A DNA stretch of 64,000 bases from an uncultured Acidobacteriota bacterium (GTDB lineage: Bacteria > Acidobacteriota > Blastocatellia > RBC074). Position 1 is the first letter of the stretch. Each line of letters starts with the position of its first letter. A program made the position numbers and the translations under genes. Below, piece after piece: positions 20,779 through 30,715 of this stretch. The notes under the pieces were generated by a model. That model saw only the letters and a program-made list of their open reading frames with translations. It was not told the DNA's origin and made no database searches. The DNA is taken from the NCBI GenBank assembly GCA_963796275.1, contig CAWCKY010000006.1, forward strand, positions 544,001 to 608,000, written 5' to 3'.

Positions 20779-21299
20779 TGATGATTTTCGAGTATGAAGG
20801 AAATCGGCCGCAGATCGGCAAAAATGTATTCATCGCTCCGACCGCTGTTATCATCGGTAATGTGGAGATCGGAGATGGCGCGAGCATATGGTACGGCGTG
20901 GTGTTGCGCGGCGACGAGGGGAAAATCATCATCGGCTCCGGCAGCAACGTCCAGGATAACACGGTCATTCACACTACGCCGGATAATCCGACCATTATCG
21001 GTGATGATGTGACTATCGGTCACGGCGCACTACTCGAAGGTTGCCGGGTCGAAAAAGGCGCGGTCATCGGAATGGGCGCGATTATCCTGCATCAAGCCGT
21101 TATCGGCGAGCAGTCGATGGTAGCCGCTGGCAGCGTGGTGACGCCGGGCACGCATATCCAGCCGCGCACCCTGGCTGCCGGCACCCCCGCTGTCACCAAA
21201 AAAGAGCTGTCGGGGATGGCGCTACGCGCAGTCGAGGGCAATGCGCGGGTATATCGCGAGCTTGCGCATAACTATTTGAAACAACGCCTGGATCAATAG
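20775..21299 (+). CDS. Gamma-carbonic anhydrase family (YrdA/PaaY-like) hexapeptide-repeat protein
   Basis: VLRGD, SNVQDNTVIH, IGHGALLEGC, IGMGA; overlaps the pgsA stop. Confidence 0.9.
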   Translation: MMMIFEYEGNRPQIGKNVFIAPTAVIIGNVEIGDGASIWYGVVLRGDEGKIIIGSGSNVQDNTVIHTTPDNPTIIGDDVTIGHGALLEGCRVEKGAVIGMGAIILHQAVIGEQSMVAAGSVVTPGTHIQPRTLAAGTPAVTKKELSGMALRAVEGNARVYRELAHNYLKQRLDQ

Positions 21300-21309
21300 C
21301 TTCCCGTTC

Positions 21310-22128
21310 TCAGCTGCCCCAGCTTATCAGAGCCTCGGCATACGGCTCCGGAGTCTCCAATCCGATCAGATGACCTGTGTTGGGAACTTTCATGATCTTC
21401 GAGTCCTTGATCTTCTCACTGAAAATATCCGCGTACATCGGCGAAACGAACCTATCCTGCTCACCCCAGACAATTAATGCCGGCGCTTTTATCCGCCACA
21501 GCCTCCGCTCAAGCCCATTTTCGGGAATCGGATAGAGGAACTTGGCTATCGTGCGGAAGCCGCGCGACATTGCTATCAATAGCTCGACCTGCTCCTGTGA
21601 GCGATTATCGTTGTCGCTGAAGAGCATGGTCAGCGCAAGCATCTGCTGCGCAGCAGGACAAGCCTGATTGTGAAAAAGATAGGGCACAAGTTCGTGCACA
21701 AGTTGACCGAAGAGATCGACGACGGGCGCTTCATCGCGCCACAATCCTACGGGTGCGGCCAGCCCCAGGCGGCCGATTTCCCCCGGGCGCAGCGCGGCCA
21801 TCTCCGCGGCCATCCAACCGCCGAGGCTTTCCCCCACGACGTACGGCCGTTCGAGTCCGAGCGCATCAATCACGTCGAATCCATGGAAGAAGAGATCGAA
21901 TTGATCTTCGAGGTATTCGAGACCGGTCGATTGCCCGAAGCCCGGGAGCAACGGAGCATAGATATGATAGGAGCGCGCAAGCATGGGCAGGACTCCATCC
22001 CAGGCCATTATGCCTCCGGCGCCGTGCAAAAAGAGCAATGGCGGGCCGTCGCCCGCTTCGAGTACTTCAACGGCAGGACGTCCGGGGCCGAGATCGAGCA
22101 TTCGTGATCGAGGAATTGCCATGTTCAT
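21310..22128 (-). CDS. Alpha/beta-fold hydrolase
   Basis: FLHGAGG, PGFGQS, GESLGG nucleophile elbow, WGEQD, TGH. Confidence 0.88.
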   Translation of the reverse strand: MNMAIPRSRMLDLGPGRPAVEVLEAGDGPPLLFLHGAGGIMAWDGVLPMLARSYHIYAPLLPGFGQSTGLEYLEDQFDLFFHGFDVIDALGLERPYVVGESLGGWMAAEMAALRPGEIGRLGLAAPVGLWRDEAPVVDLFGQLVHELVPYLFHNQACPAAQQMLALTMLFSDNDNRSQEQVELLIAMSRGFRTIAKFLYPIPENGLERRLWRIKAPALIVWGEQDRFVSPMYADIFSEKIKDSKIMKVPNTGHLIGLETPEPYAEALISWGS

Positions 22129-23399
22129 GCCGTCACCTCCGTCGGTCGTTCGACCCGATCCTTGACCGCATCATTGTGGCTGCCGGGTTGCGCCCGCCCG
22201 CTTTCGGGCAGAGACTTCGGCCACCAGTGATCCTCCCATTCGCTCCAGATCGGCCGCAGCTGTGGCATAACTTCGGTCGCAAACAAATAGGTCGAGCGGT
22301 TGGTCAGTTCGATCGGCGCTGACCCGATATGCAGTGCCAGACAGAGATGCCCGCAGCGCAGCGAGCGCGCCAGTTCTTCCAGCTTTTGGCGCACCGTCGC
22401 AGGCGAACCGGCGATAATGTAGCCGCCCTCAACCAGCTCTTTCCAGCTCTTGTTTGTGCCCAGGTTCCCCGAAGTGTTGCCCGCCTGGGCGACTACGGCC
22501 GCGCGGATCGACGCCTCTGAAGTGTAGCCGGGCGGGGAACTCATACCGGGGTAGAGATGCAGACACCGGTTGAAGAAATAATCTACGTGCGGCCACCATT
22601 CGCGTTCGCACGCGGCATCGGTGTCGCTCAGGCAGACTTGTTGGGCGAAAGCGCAGCTATAAGGGTTGGGCTCTTTGCCGAGGGAGGCCATTCGTTCCCA
22701 AAAACCATCGAGCATCTTTTTCGCGCGTATGTACCCGCTGAAAGAGAGATAACTGTAGTTGTAGCCGTGTTCGGCGCAGAAGTCCCAAGTTTCAATCGAG
22801 CTCAGGCCGGGGATCCAAATGGGCGGATGCGGTTTCTGGATCGGTTGCGGCCAGACGTTGACGTAGCGAAGTTTCGTGTATTTTCCATTCCAGGCGAAAG
22901 GCTCGCGTTCGCGCCAGGCCTTCTTGATGAGGTCGTGTGCCTCACGATACTTCTCGCGAATTGTGGCCGGGTTCTGCCCATAGCAATAGTTGACATCCAT
23001 AGGCGTGCCGACGGGAAATCCCGCGATTAATCTTCCGCCGGATATGACGTCGAGCATAGCAAACTCTTCCGCCACGCGCGTAGGTGGGTTGTAGAGCGCA
23101 ATCGAATTGCCGAGCACCAGAATCATCGCCTTCGATGTGCGCCGCGCCAACGCCGCCGCCATCAGATTAGGCGATGGCATCAGCCCGTATCCGTTTTGAT
23201 GATGCTCATTGACCCCGATCGAATCGAATCCCATCCGATCAGCGTATTCGAGCATGTCCAGATATTCGTTGTAGAGCTGATGGCCGCGCTCCGGATCGTA
23301 GAGAGCGTTGGGCAGATCGACCCAGACGCTGTGATAATGATCGCGGAAATTGTCCGGCAACCAGCGGTATGGCATGAGGTGAAACCAGTTGAATTTCAT
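22125..23399 (-). CDS. Luciferase-like (LLM class) flavin-dependent monooxygenase
   Basis: GFDSIGVNEHH, PSPN, RVAEEFAMLDVISGGRL, WPQPIQKPHPPIW; AAGGAG RBS before ATG 23399. Confidence 0.9.
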   Translation of the reverse strand: MKFNWFHLMPYRWLPDNFRDHYHSVWVDLPNALYDPERGHQLYNEYLDMLEYADRMGFDSIGVNEHHQNGYGLMPSPNLMAAALARRTSKAMILVLGNSIALYNPPTRVAEEFAMLDVISGGRLIAGFPVGTPMDVNYCYGQNPATIREKYREAHDLIKKAWREREPFAWNGKYTKLRYVNVWPQPIQKPHPPIWIPGLSSIETWDFCAEHGYNYSYLSFSGYIRAKKMLDGFWERMASLGKEPNPYSCAFAQQVCLSDTDAACEREWWPHVDYFFNRCLHLYPGMSSPPGYTSEASIRAAVVAQAGNTSGNLGTNKSWKELVEGGYIIAGSPATVRQKLEELARSLRCGHLCLALHIGSAPIELTNRSTYLFATEVMPQLRPIWSEWEDHWWPKSLPESGRAQPGSHNDAVKDRVERPTEVTA

Positions 23400-23715
23400 G
23401 TGGGCTCCTTGTTTGTCCGCACGGCACAATTTGGGTGCGGCGCCTATCTTTTTTTCTGATTATGCCGACTGATTTTGCAGATCGGATGTACTGCGGTGCC
23501 CATTATCTTCACGCGGGTAGCTGAGTGCAAACTTCAAAGGGAATGCAACAGGAAACAAAGGGGATAGGAATTCTCGGGGGGATATTCCGAATCAGGTGCT
23601 TTTCGTTCCTCTCGCCGCATACTAAATCTTGCCCGCTTCGAATTTCCCCTTGTGCCTTAGCCTCTTCGCATCTTTGAGTTAAACTAGCTGCCTTAACGAA
23701 TAATAGAATGAAACG

Positions 23716-26118
23716 ATGCTTCAGACAGGATCCAGGCTGGGTCAGTACAAAATTCTCGCTCCCCTCGGAGCAGGCGGGATGGGAGAGGTGTGGTTAGCGG
23801 AGGACGCGCGCCTCGGCCGCAAACTGGCATTAAAAGTGCTCCCCGCCGATTTCACAACTGATGCCGCACGCGTCGCCCGCTTCGAACAGGAGGCTCGCGC
23901 TGCATCGGCGCTCAATCATCCGGGTATCATCACCATCTATGAGATCGGCGAAGAGGACGGCATCCATTTCATCGCCACCGAATTTATCGAGGGCCGCACT
24001 CTGCGCCAGGCGCTGAGTGGCGAGGGAATCGGGTTGGGCGAAGCGTTGGAGATCGCCACTCAGATAGCCGGCGCCTTGCAAGTCGCACACGAGGCCGGCA
24101 TTACGCACCGCGACATAAAACCCGAAAATGTAATGCTGCGACCGGATGGGTACGTAAAAGTTCTGGATTTCGGCCTGGCGAAGCTCACCGAAAAATCATC
24201 GGAGATCATTGATACGGAGGCCGCCACCAGGATCAGGAATCCTACCGATCCGGGAACGGTCATGGGTACGGTTAGCTATATGTCGCCCGAGCAGGCTCGC
24301 GGATTGAAAGTCGATGCGCGCAGCGACATCTTCAGCCTCGGCGTGGTGCTTTATGAAATGCTGGCCGGCCGTCTGCCCTTCGATGGCCAGACGGCGAGCG
24401 ATGTGCTGGCGGCTATTCTCACCTCCGAACCGGCGCCGCTAAGCAGCGTCATTCCCGAATTGCCGCCGGAACTCGTAGCGAGTCTGGTAAAGGCGTTGCG
24501 GAAGGATATCGATGGTCGTTATCAGTCGATCAAGGGCTTTCTCAACGATCTGAAGCTCGCCAAAAACCGGCTGGATTTTGCGGCACAACTCGCAGTCGAC
24601 CGGAGTCAGCCGTTCAAGCGGTCGATCGATGAGATCACCGATGCCGCAACAGTCGAACTCACGAGCGGCGAGCTGCGTGGTTTGCCAACTGTTCACCGGC
24701 AAACGAAGGGCCGGTCTTATTCATCGGGTAAGGCGATCGACTCGCTGGCGATACTCCCACTCGCCAATGCCGGTAATGACGCGGATATGGAGTATCTGAG
24801 CGACGGCATTACCGAGAGCATCATCAACAGCCTGTCGCAACTGCCGCAGTTGCGCGTCGTGCCGCGCAGCACGGTCTTTCGCTATAAGGGAAGTGAGATC
24901 GATCCGCAGAGCGTCGGAGCCGAACTCAAAGTTCGCGCGGTGATGACCGGCCGCGTTCTGCAGCTGGGAGATTCTCTCATCGTCAAAACCGAACTTGTCG
25001 ATGTGGCGAAACAATCGCAACTCTGGGGTGAGCAATACCGGCGGAAGCTCACGGACATTTTTGAGTTACAGGAGGAAATCTCCCGTGAGATCAGCAGCAA
25101 ACTGCGATTGCAGTTGAGCGGTGAAGAGAAACAGAAGCTGATCAAGCGCTACACTGACGACACGGAGGCGTATCACCTCTACCTGAAGGGCCGCTACTAT
25201 AACAACAAACGCACGCCCGAATGGATCAGGAAAGGGATAGAGCATTTTCAGGAGGCGATCGACCTAGATCCGAATTATGCGGTTGCTTATGCCGGGTTGG
25301 CCGATTCCTATGCTTTCCTGGCCTCTTCCACCGGAGGCCAGCCGCCGCGCGAGACATATCCGATCGCCAAAGCTGCCGCGATGAAAGCGTTGGATCTGGA
25401 CGACACCCTGGGCGAGGCGCACTGCTCACTGGGATTTTTTCACCTTTTATACGATTGGGATGCTTCCGCCGCCGAACGCGAATACCGGCGCGCCATCGAA
25501 CTCAGCCCGAATTATGCCAACGCATACGACGGCTACGGCTTCTACCTCAAAGCAACCGGGCAGCACGACGACGCCATCAGGTCATGCCAGCGCGCCCTCG
25601 AACTCGACCCATTATCGCTCTTTGTTCAGCTGAGCCTGGGATGGGCTTATTATTTCGCGCGTCGCCACGATGAGGCTTTAAAACAAAGCCGCAAAGTGAT
25701 GGAGATGGACCCGAACTTCGGGTTCGCGCACTGGCATGCGGGGATGAATTACATCCAGAAGCGGATGTACGATGAAGCAATCGAGTCTTTCAAGAAGGCC
25801 ATCAACCTCACAGGCGCCGTCCCGACTTTTATCTCGTACCTCGGTCATTCATATGCTCGCAGAGGCAGAGAACGCGATGCCCGCCAGATGCTCGCGCAGT
25901 TGGAGTCGTTGTCTAAGCGGCAATATGTCTCATCCTATTTCAGAGCGATGATTTATTTGGGGTTGGACGATCTGCAAAAAACTTTTGAATGGTTGGATCG
26001 GACTTTTGAAGAACGATCGGGTTTTTTAGCATTCATCAGGGTCGAGCCGATGCTGGATCCGCTGAGGGGAGATGCCAGGTTTGAGAGATTTGTGGGGCAC
26101 ATAAAGCCGGAAGTTTAG
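23716..26118 (+). CDS. Hanks-type Ser/Thr protein kinase with TolB-like domain and TPR repeats
   Basis: LGAGGMGEV, ALK, HRDIKPEN, DFG, GTVSYMSPE; SLAILPL..., YLSDGITESII; TPRs; no transmembrane segment. Confidence 0.93.
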   Translation: MLQTGSRLGQYKILAPLGAGGMGEVWLAEDARLGRKLALKVLPADFTTDAARVARFEQEARAASALNHPGIITIYEIGEEDGIHFIATEFIEGRTLRQALSGEGIGLGEALEIATQIAGALQVAHEAGITHRDIKPENVMLRPDGYVKVLDFGLAKLTEKSSEIIDTEAATRIRNPTDPGTVMGTVSYMSPEQARGLKVDARSDIFSLGVVLYEMLAGRLPFDGQTASDVLAAILTSEPAPLSSVIPELPPELVASLVKALRKDIDGRYQSIKGFLNDLKLAKNRLDFAAQLAVDRSQPFKRSIDEITDAATVELTSGELRGLPTVHRQTKGRSYSSGKAIDSLAILPLANAGNDADMEYLSDGITESIINSLSQLPQLRVVPRSTVFRYKGSEIDPQSVGAELKVRAVMTGRVLQLGDSLIVKTELVDVAKQSQLWGEQYRRKLTDIFELQEEISREISSKLRLQLSGEEKQKLIKRYTDDTEAYHLYLKGRYYNNKRTPEWIRKGIEHFQEAIDLDPNYAVAYAGLADSYAFLASSTGGQPPRETYPIAKAAAMKALDLDDTLGEAHCSLGFFHLLYDWDASAAEREYRRAIELSPNYANAYDGYGFYLKATGQHDDAIRSCQRALELDPLSLFVQLSLGWAYYFARRHDEALKQSRKVMEMDPNFGFAHWHAGMNYIQKRMYDEAIESFKKAINLTGAVPTFISYLGHSYARRGRERDARQMLAQLESLSKRQYVSSYFRAMIYLGLDDLQKTFEWLDRTFEERSGFLAFIRVEPMLDPLRGDARFERFVGHIKPEV

Positions 26119-27488
26119 AACCCTCGCGACACCGAGAAGTAGGCTTGATTCCCTTCATTGCTGTGGCCGATATCGACGCGTAGCGCGAAGTTCTTGCTCA
26201 AACGGTATTGCGCGCCGCCGCCAATGCCGAAGCGCCAAAAACTTGAACTCATTTGATCGTTAGCCAACACTTGAGGATTTGTAGTCGATCGGCTGTCGCC
26301 CCATACCTGACTGCCGTCGCCGAAGGCAAAGACATCAAGCCCTTTGGTCTCCGCCTGCCTCCATACCGTCTGGCGCGGCTCGATGGAGAAGAGCAGCTGG
26401 TTGTTGGCGCGATAGCGATAGTTATCGAACCCCCGACCGCGACTGCGCCCTCCGAGCCATGGCAGAAGATAGAACGGTATCTGGCTCCCGCCCTTGGTAT
26501 CTAGCAATTCGGTATAGACTCGCAGAGCGACCGAGCTGAAATCGCTGCCCAGCGGAATATAGGCACGTCCGTCGAGACTGAACTCGTTCCAGCCGAAATC
26601 GGAGAATGTTTCATTATCCAGGCCATCGATCGAACCATAACGGCCATATAAATAGGAGCCCTTCGTCAGCCCCCGGTCATTGTCGCGCCCGTTGTACTCA
26701 ACAAATGCTCCGTAGGAGATGAGTTTTGCATTTGTGTTAAGTCCAGGCAGCCAGCGTGTGATAGGCACCACCGTCGGCTGGCCTGAAAAAAGGACGCTGA
26801 TCGGCACCTCGCTTTCATCCTCGCCATCGTAGGCGTCGGAGTTGGACAGGGTTACGAATATCCCTGATTGAAGTTGCGGAGTGAAATCGCGATAGAGCAT
26901 TGCATTATAGGTTCGATATTCGCTGGCATAATTGGTTTCCGGCTCTTCCGGTGAGTTGGGGCCGATGCCGAAAAAGTTGTCGCGCACACGGTGGATGTAA
27001 CCGAACCAGATGTCGGCGTGAGTCTGTGTATCGCCGACCGATGGGATATATGCCTCGGCTTCGAAGCGCCGGTAGAAGCGAGTCGAGATCAAAAATTTGC
27101 CGCGGAATTCCACTCCCGGAACCTTATCCGCACTCGTCAATTCGAGGCCAAGGCCTACGCCAGCTCCCTGCTCGAATCCGCTCACCAGGGCGTTGAGGTG
27201 TTTTACGATTCTGAAGGCTTCAAGGTTATCGCGGCGCGGAGCATTGCGGTCGCGCGATTGGTAGCGGTTGCTGACTTGTGAAAGCGCCTGTTGCTGCGGG
27301 CCACCGCCGGTGGGATTCCCGCCTGTGGGGATGGGGTTGCCGCCGGTGGGGGTGCCGCTATTGTTTCCGCCAGCATCGCCCTTATTGATTACGGTCTCGC
27401 CGATCGATTGCGCCAGGCAGTACGGGACGCATGCGGTTATGATGAGTAAACCCAATCCTGCTTTTACCAAAATTTTACGTATGTTCAT
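26115..27488 (-). CDS. Omp85/BamA-TamA family outer membrane beta-barrel protein
   Basis: Signal peptide, NFFGIG, LGGRSRGRGFDNYRY loop-6 motif, GIGGGAQY, terminal YFSVSRGF. Confidence 0.75.
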   Translation of the reverse strand: MNIRKILVKAGLGLLIITACVPYCLAQSIGETVINKGDAGGNNSGTPTGGNPIPTGGNPTGGGPQQQALSQVSNRYQSRDRNAPRRDNLEAFRIVKHLNALVSGFEQGAGVGLGLELTSADKVPGVEFRGKFLISTRFYRRFEAEAYIPSVGDTQTHADIWFGYIHRVRDNFFGIGPNSPEEPETNYASEYRTYNAMLYRDFTPQLQSGIFVTLSNSDAYDGEDESEVPISVLFSGQPTVVPITRWLPGLNTNAKLISYGAFVEYNGRDNDRGLTKGSYLYGRYGSIDGLDNETFSDFGWNEFSLDGRAYIPLGSDFSSVALRVYTELLDTKGGSQIPFYLLPWLGGRSRGRGFDNYRYRANNQLLFSIEPRQTVWRQAETKGLDVFAFGDGSQVWGDSRSTTNPQVLANDQMSSSFWRFGIGGGAQYRLSKNFALRVDIGHSNEGNQAYFSVSRGF

Positions 27489-27707
27489 TTGTTTATATTC
27501 CTTCGTTTCTGTCTGCATAGTGATCGAGATCCGCTACAATGACGATTGCGCCAAGTGGAGGTCATACGCGGCAAAGTGTTGGGCATTGCGGTTTGGATGA
27601 CAACAGACTTTCTCTAAAACTTTAAGTATCGACATTTTCTTAAATGTCGACCCATTATTCAACTACACGATTTATCTGCTCACCCGAATTTGGGAGGAAC
27701 ACGGAGC

Positions 27708-29084
27708 ATGTCCTTGTTTATTCGTATTATCTCATTTATTGCTCTCGTCTGCTTTCTGACGATTGCGGTCAAATTACTCCGTCAGGGAGACGCGCAAACG
27801 ACGTCGCGCATCCCGGTTGTGCTGATTTCAATCGATGGCCTGAAACCGGATTACATCATCGACTCCGATAAACACAAATTGAAAGTCCCCAATCTACGGA
27901 GAATGCTCAGAGAAGGAGCTTATGCCGCGGGCGTCGCCGGTGTTACCCCAACAGTCACCTATCCGAGTCATACAACGATTGTCACAGGCGTTTCGCCATC
28001 AAAGCACGGGATAATCACGAATACTCCCTTCGATCCATTGAGCAAAAACATGGGCGGATGGTTCTGGTACGCTGAAGACATCAAAAGCACGACCTTGTGG
28101 GATGCGGCCGATGGTGCGGGTCTGATCACCGCCAGTGTCGACTGGCCGGTCACCGTCGGGGCGGAGATCAGGTACAACATCGTTCAGTACTGGCGGGCCT
28201 CGACGCCCGATGACCGCAAGCTCACGCGCGCACTATCCACCAAAGGATTGCTCAGCGAAGCTGAAAAAGATGTCGGCCCTTATCCGGAAGGCTACGATTA
28301 CGACCTGGAGTCCGATGGCCGCCGTGCGAAATTCATCGGCTGGATATTGGAGAAGAAAAAACCGCAATTCCTCACCGGATATTTCTCCAGCCTGGATGAG
28401 GTGCAGCATCACACGGCGCCCTACAGCGCGCTCACCTTCGAGACCCTTGAAGGCATCGATGCGCTCGTCGGAGATGTTCGCGCCGCAGCCGAGCGAAGCA
28501 ACAACGGGCGCGCGGTGATCTGCGTTGTCTCGGATCACGGTCACATTACTGCCAACCGGGAATTACATCTGAATGCGGCGCTGCGAGAGGCTGGGTTGAT
28601 CGAGCTTCAGGAGCAGAAGGTGAAGTCGTGGCGGGCATTTGCGTGGACCTCCGGAGGTTCCGCCGGGATAATGCTCAAGGACGCGAACGACGGCGCAGCG
28701 CGCGATCGAATTCGTGAAATGCTGAAGCGGCTCGCCGCCGATCCAGCCAACGGCATAGAGCGTGTAGTCGAAGGAACTGAAGCCAGGGGATTAGGCGGTT
28801 TCCCCGAGTCTGCATTCATCGTCGGAGTTAAGCCGGGATTCAATGTCGGCGGCGCTTTGTCCGGCCCGGTCTGGCGAACGGGCAAGGCGGGTGGGACACA
28901 CGGCTATCTGCCGGGACATCGCGATATGGAGGCATCTTTTTTCATCGTCGGACCGGGTATTCCTGCGGGGCGAAATTTCGACCGGATCGATATGCGCGAT
29001 GTCGCGCCGACTCTGGCTGGAGTTATGGGAATCGCGCTGCCCGAGGCGGAAGGGCGTGATCTATTGCGCGATGTGAAAAACTAG
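27708..29084 (+). CDS. Secreted nucleotide pyrophosphatase/phosphodiesterase (alkaline phosphatase superfamily)
   Basis: LISIDG, PTVTYPSHTTIVTG (Thr nucleophile), DEVQH, SDHG, GTHGY; N-terminal hydrophobic segment. Confidence 0.9.
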   Translation: MSLFIRIISFIALVCFLTIAVKLLRQGDAQTTSRIPVVLISIDGLKPDYIIDSDKHKLKVPNLRRMLREGAYAAGVAGVTPTVTYPSHTTIVTGVSPSKHGIITNTPFDPLSKNMGGWFWYAEDIKSTTLWDAADGAGLITASVDWPVTVGAEIRYNIVQYWRASTPDDRKLTRALSTKGLLSEAEKDVGPYPEGYDYDLESDGRRAKFIGWILEKKKPQFLTGYFSSLDEVQHHTAPYSALTFETLEGIDALVGDVRAAAERSNNGRAVICVVSDHGHITANRELHLNAALREAGLIELQEQKVKSWRAFAWTSGGSAGIMLKDANDGAARDRIREMLKRLAADPANGIERVVEGTEARGLGGFPESAFIVGVKPGFNVGGALSGPVWRTGKAGGTHGYLPGHRDMEASFFIVGPGIPAGRNFDRIDMRDVAPTLAGVMGIALPEAEGRDLLRDVKN

Positions 29085-29128
29085 CGGTGAGGTTCACTAC
29101 AAAAACAGGACTATGGAGAATCTGCTGA

Positions 29129-30628
29129 ATGACAAATTCTCATGACCATCACGATACGGGCCATGACGCGCAGGAATTAGGAAAGCTCGGCTACGCGCAA
29201 GAGCTCTTCCGCACGATGGGCGGGTTCTCAAATTTCGCCATCTCGTTCTCGATCATTTCGATATTGACAGGAGCCGTGACGCTTTATGGCCATGGGTTGC
29301 GGATGGGCGGCCCGGCGGAGATGGCTATCGGCTGGCCGCTCGTATCGATCTTTACGCTCGCGGTTGTCATGAGTATGGCGGAGTTGGCTTCGGCGTTGCC
29401 TACTTCCGGCGCCATGTATCACTGGTCTTGCAATCTCGGCGGCAAGGGATGGGGATGGTTCACCGCATGGTTCAATATCATCGGACAGATCGCGACGATA
29501 GCCGGCATCGATTACGGCTGCGCGCTATTCATCACGCCGTTAATCGGAATCGATTCGAGCAAGCGGAATTTGCTGATCGTCTACGCGGTGATCCTGCTGT
29601 CGCATGCGATGATCAATCATTTCGGCATCAGGCTGGTGGCCTGGCTCAACGATTTCAGCGTGACCGTGCACATCATCGGAGTGGTCGTTATCGTTGGCGC
29701 GCTCCTCTTGTTTGCGCCGAAACAGCCCATCGGCTTCTTTTTCGCCCGTGTCACCAGCAACACGGAAGGCTGGCCTTATTGGTGGGCCTTTATTATCGGC
29801 CTCTTACAGGCGATGTGGACGTTTACGGGCTATGATGCCTCAGCGAGCGTCTCTGAAGAGACGGTCGACCCGCGCCGGCGAGCACCCTGGGGGATGGTGA
29901 TGGCCGTGGTCGTTTCAAGCCTCGTCGGATATTTGCTGCTGATTGCGTTGACGCTGACGATCAAAGATATTCCGGCGATTCTCAACGCAAAAGATGCGAG
30001 CGGGAATGACGTTCCGGCAGTAATAGCGATTCTCATCGGCGCTCTCGGCGAGCGAGCCGGAAGCGTCTTCTCGGCGTTGGCGGCAATGGCGATGTGGTTT
30101 TGCGGGTTGTCGGCCGTGACCTGGAGTTCGCGCGTCATCTGGGCTTTTGCGCGCGATGGCGGACTGCCGGGTTCACGCCTCTGGCGGCGAGTCAGCCGGA
30201 AGCATAAGACGCCCGGCCCAACCATCTGGCTATGCGTAATCGCGGCTTATTTAGCGGCAGTTTACAGCGATGCTTATCCCGTCGTGACATCTATCAGCAC
30301 GATCGGCCTGTATATCTCTTATATCATTCCTGTTCTACTTTTTGTTAACCTGCGGGCGCGCGGAGGGACGTTGACACCCGGGCCCTGGAATTTAGGGCGG
30401 TTCAGCAGGGCGATCAACTTGATTGCGATTGTCTGGGTGTGTTTTCTGAGCGTCATTCTCAGTCTGCCGGATAATATGCGAACCGGCAAATCCATTGTGG
30501 CGGTGACTGTCTTGTTGGGGTTATGGTATGGGCTATCTGAAAGACGTCGTTTTCAGGGGCCTGCCTGGGAGGCCAGGCCCGATGGTTCGGCGGATGAGAT
30601 TGAAGTGCTCTCTCAGCCAAGTAATTAG
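29129..30628 (+). CDS. APC-family amino acid/amine permease
   Basis: LGYAQELFR, FSNFAISFSIIS, MAELASALPTSG, WTFTGYDASA, AFARDGGLP; about 12 TM segments. Confidence 0.92.
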   Translation: MTNSHDHHDTGHDAQELGKLGYAQELFRTMGGFSNFAISFSIISILTGAVTLYGHGLRMGGPAEMAIGWPLVSIFTLAVVMSMAELASALPTSGAMYHWSCNLGGKGWGWFTAWFNIIGQIATIAGIDYGCALFITPLIGIDSSKRNLLIVYAVILLSHAMINHFGIRLVAWLNDFSVTVHIIGVVVIVGALLLFAPKQPIGFFFARVTSNTEGWPYWWAFIIGLLQAMWTFTGYDASASVSEETVDPRRRAPWGMVMAVVVSSLVGYLLLIALTLTIKDIPAILNAKDASGNDVPAVIAILIGALGERAGSVFSALAAMAMWFCGLSAVTWSSRVIWAFARDGGLPGSRLWRRVSRKHKTPGPTIWLCVIAAYLAAVYSDAYPVVTSISTIGLYISYIIPVLLFVNLRARGGTLTPGPWNLGRFSRAINLIAIVWVCFLSVILSLPDNMRTGKSIVAVTVLLGLWYGLSERRRFQGPAWEARPDGSADEIEVLSQPSN

Positions 30629-30715
30629 AAGGAGGCGTTTAATCGCCTTTGTGGGTGCGGCGTCCGCCTCACTTGGAACCGCATTTAAAGACAGCGCCAT
30701 AAGGGGAGGGCAGCA

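Noticed and set aside
17501-21299. Carboxysome (shell genes plus gamma-CA as CcmM)
   Set aside because: No RuBisCO; the gamma-CA has no small-subunit-like repeats; the hexamer is EutM/PduA-like.
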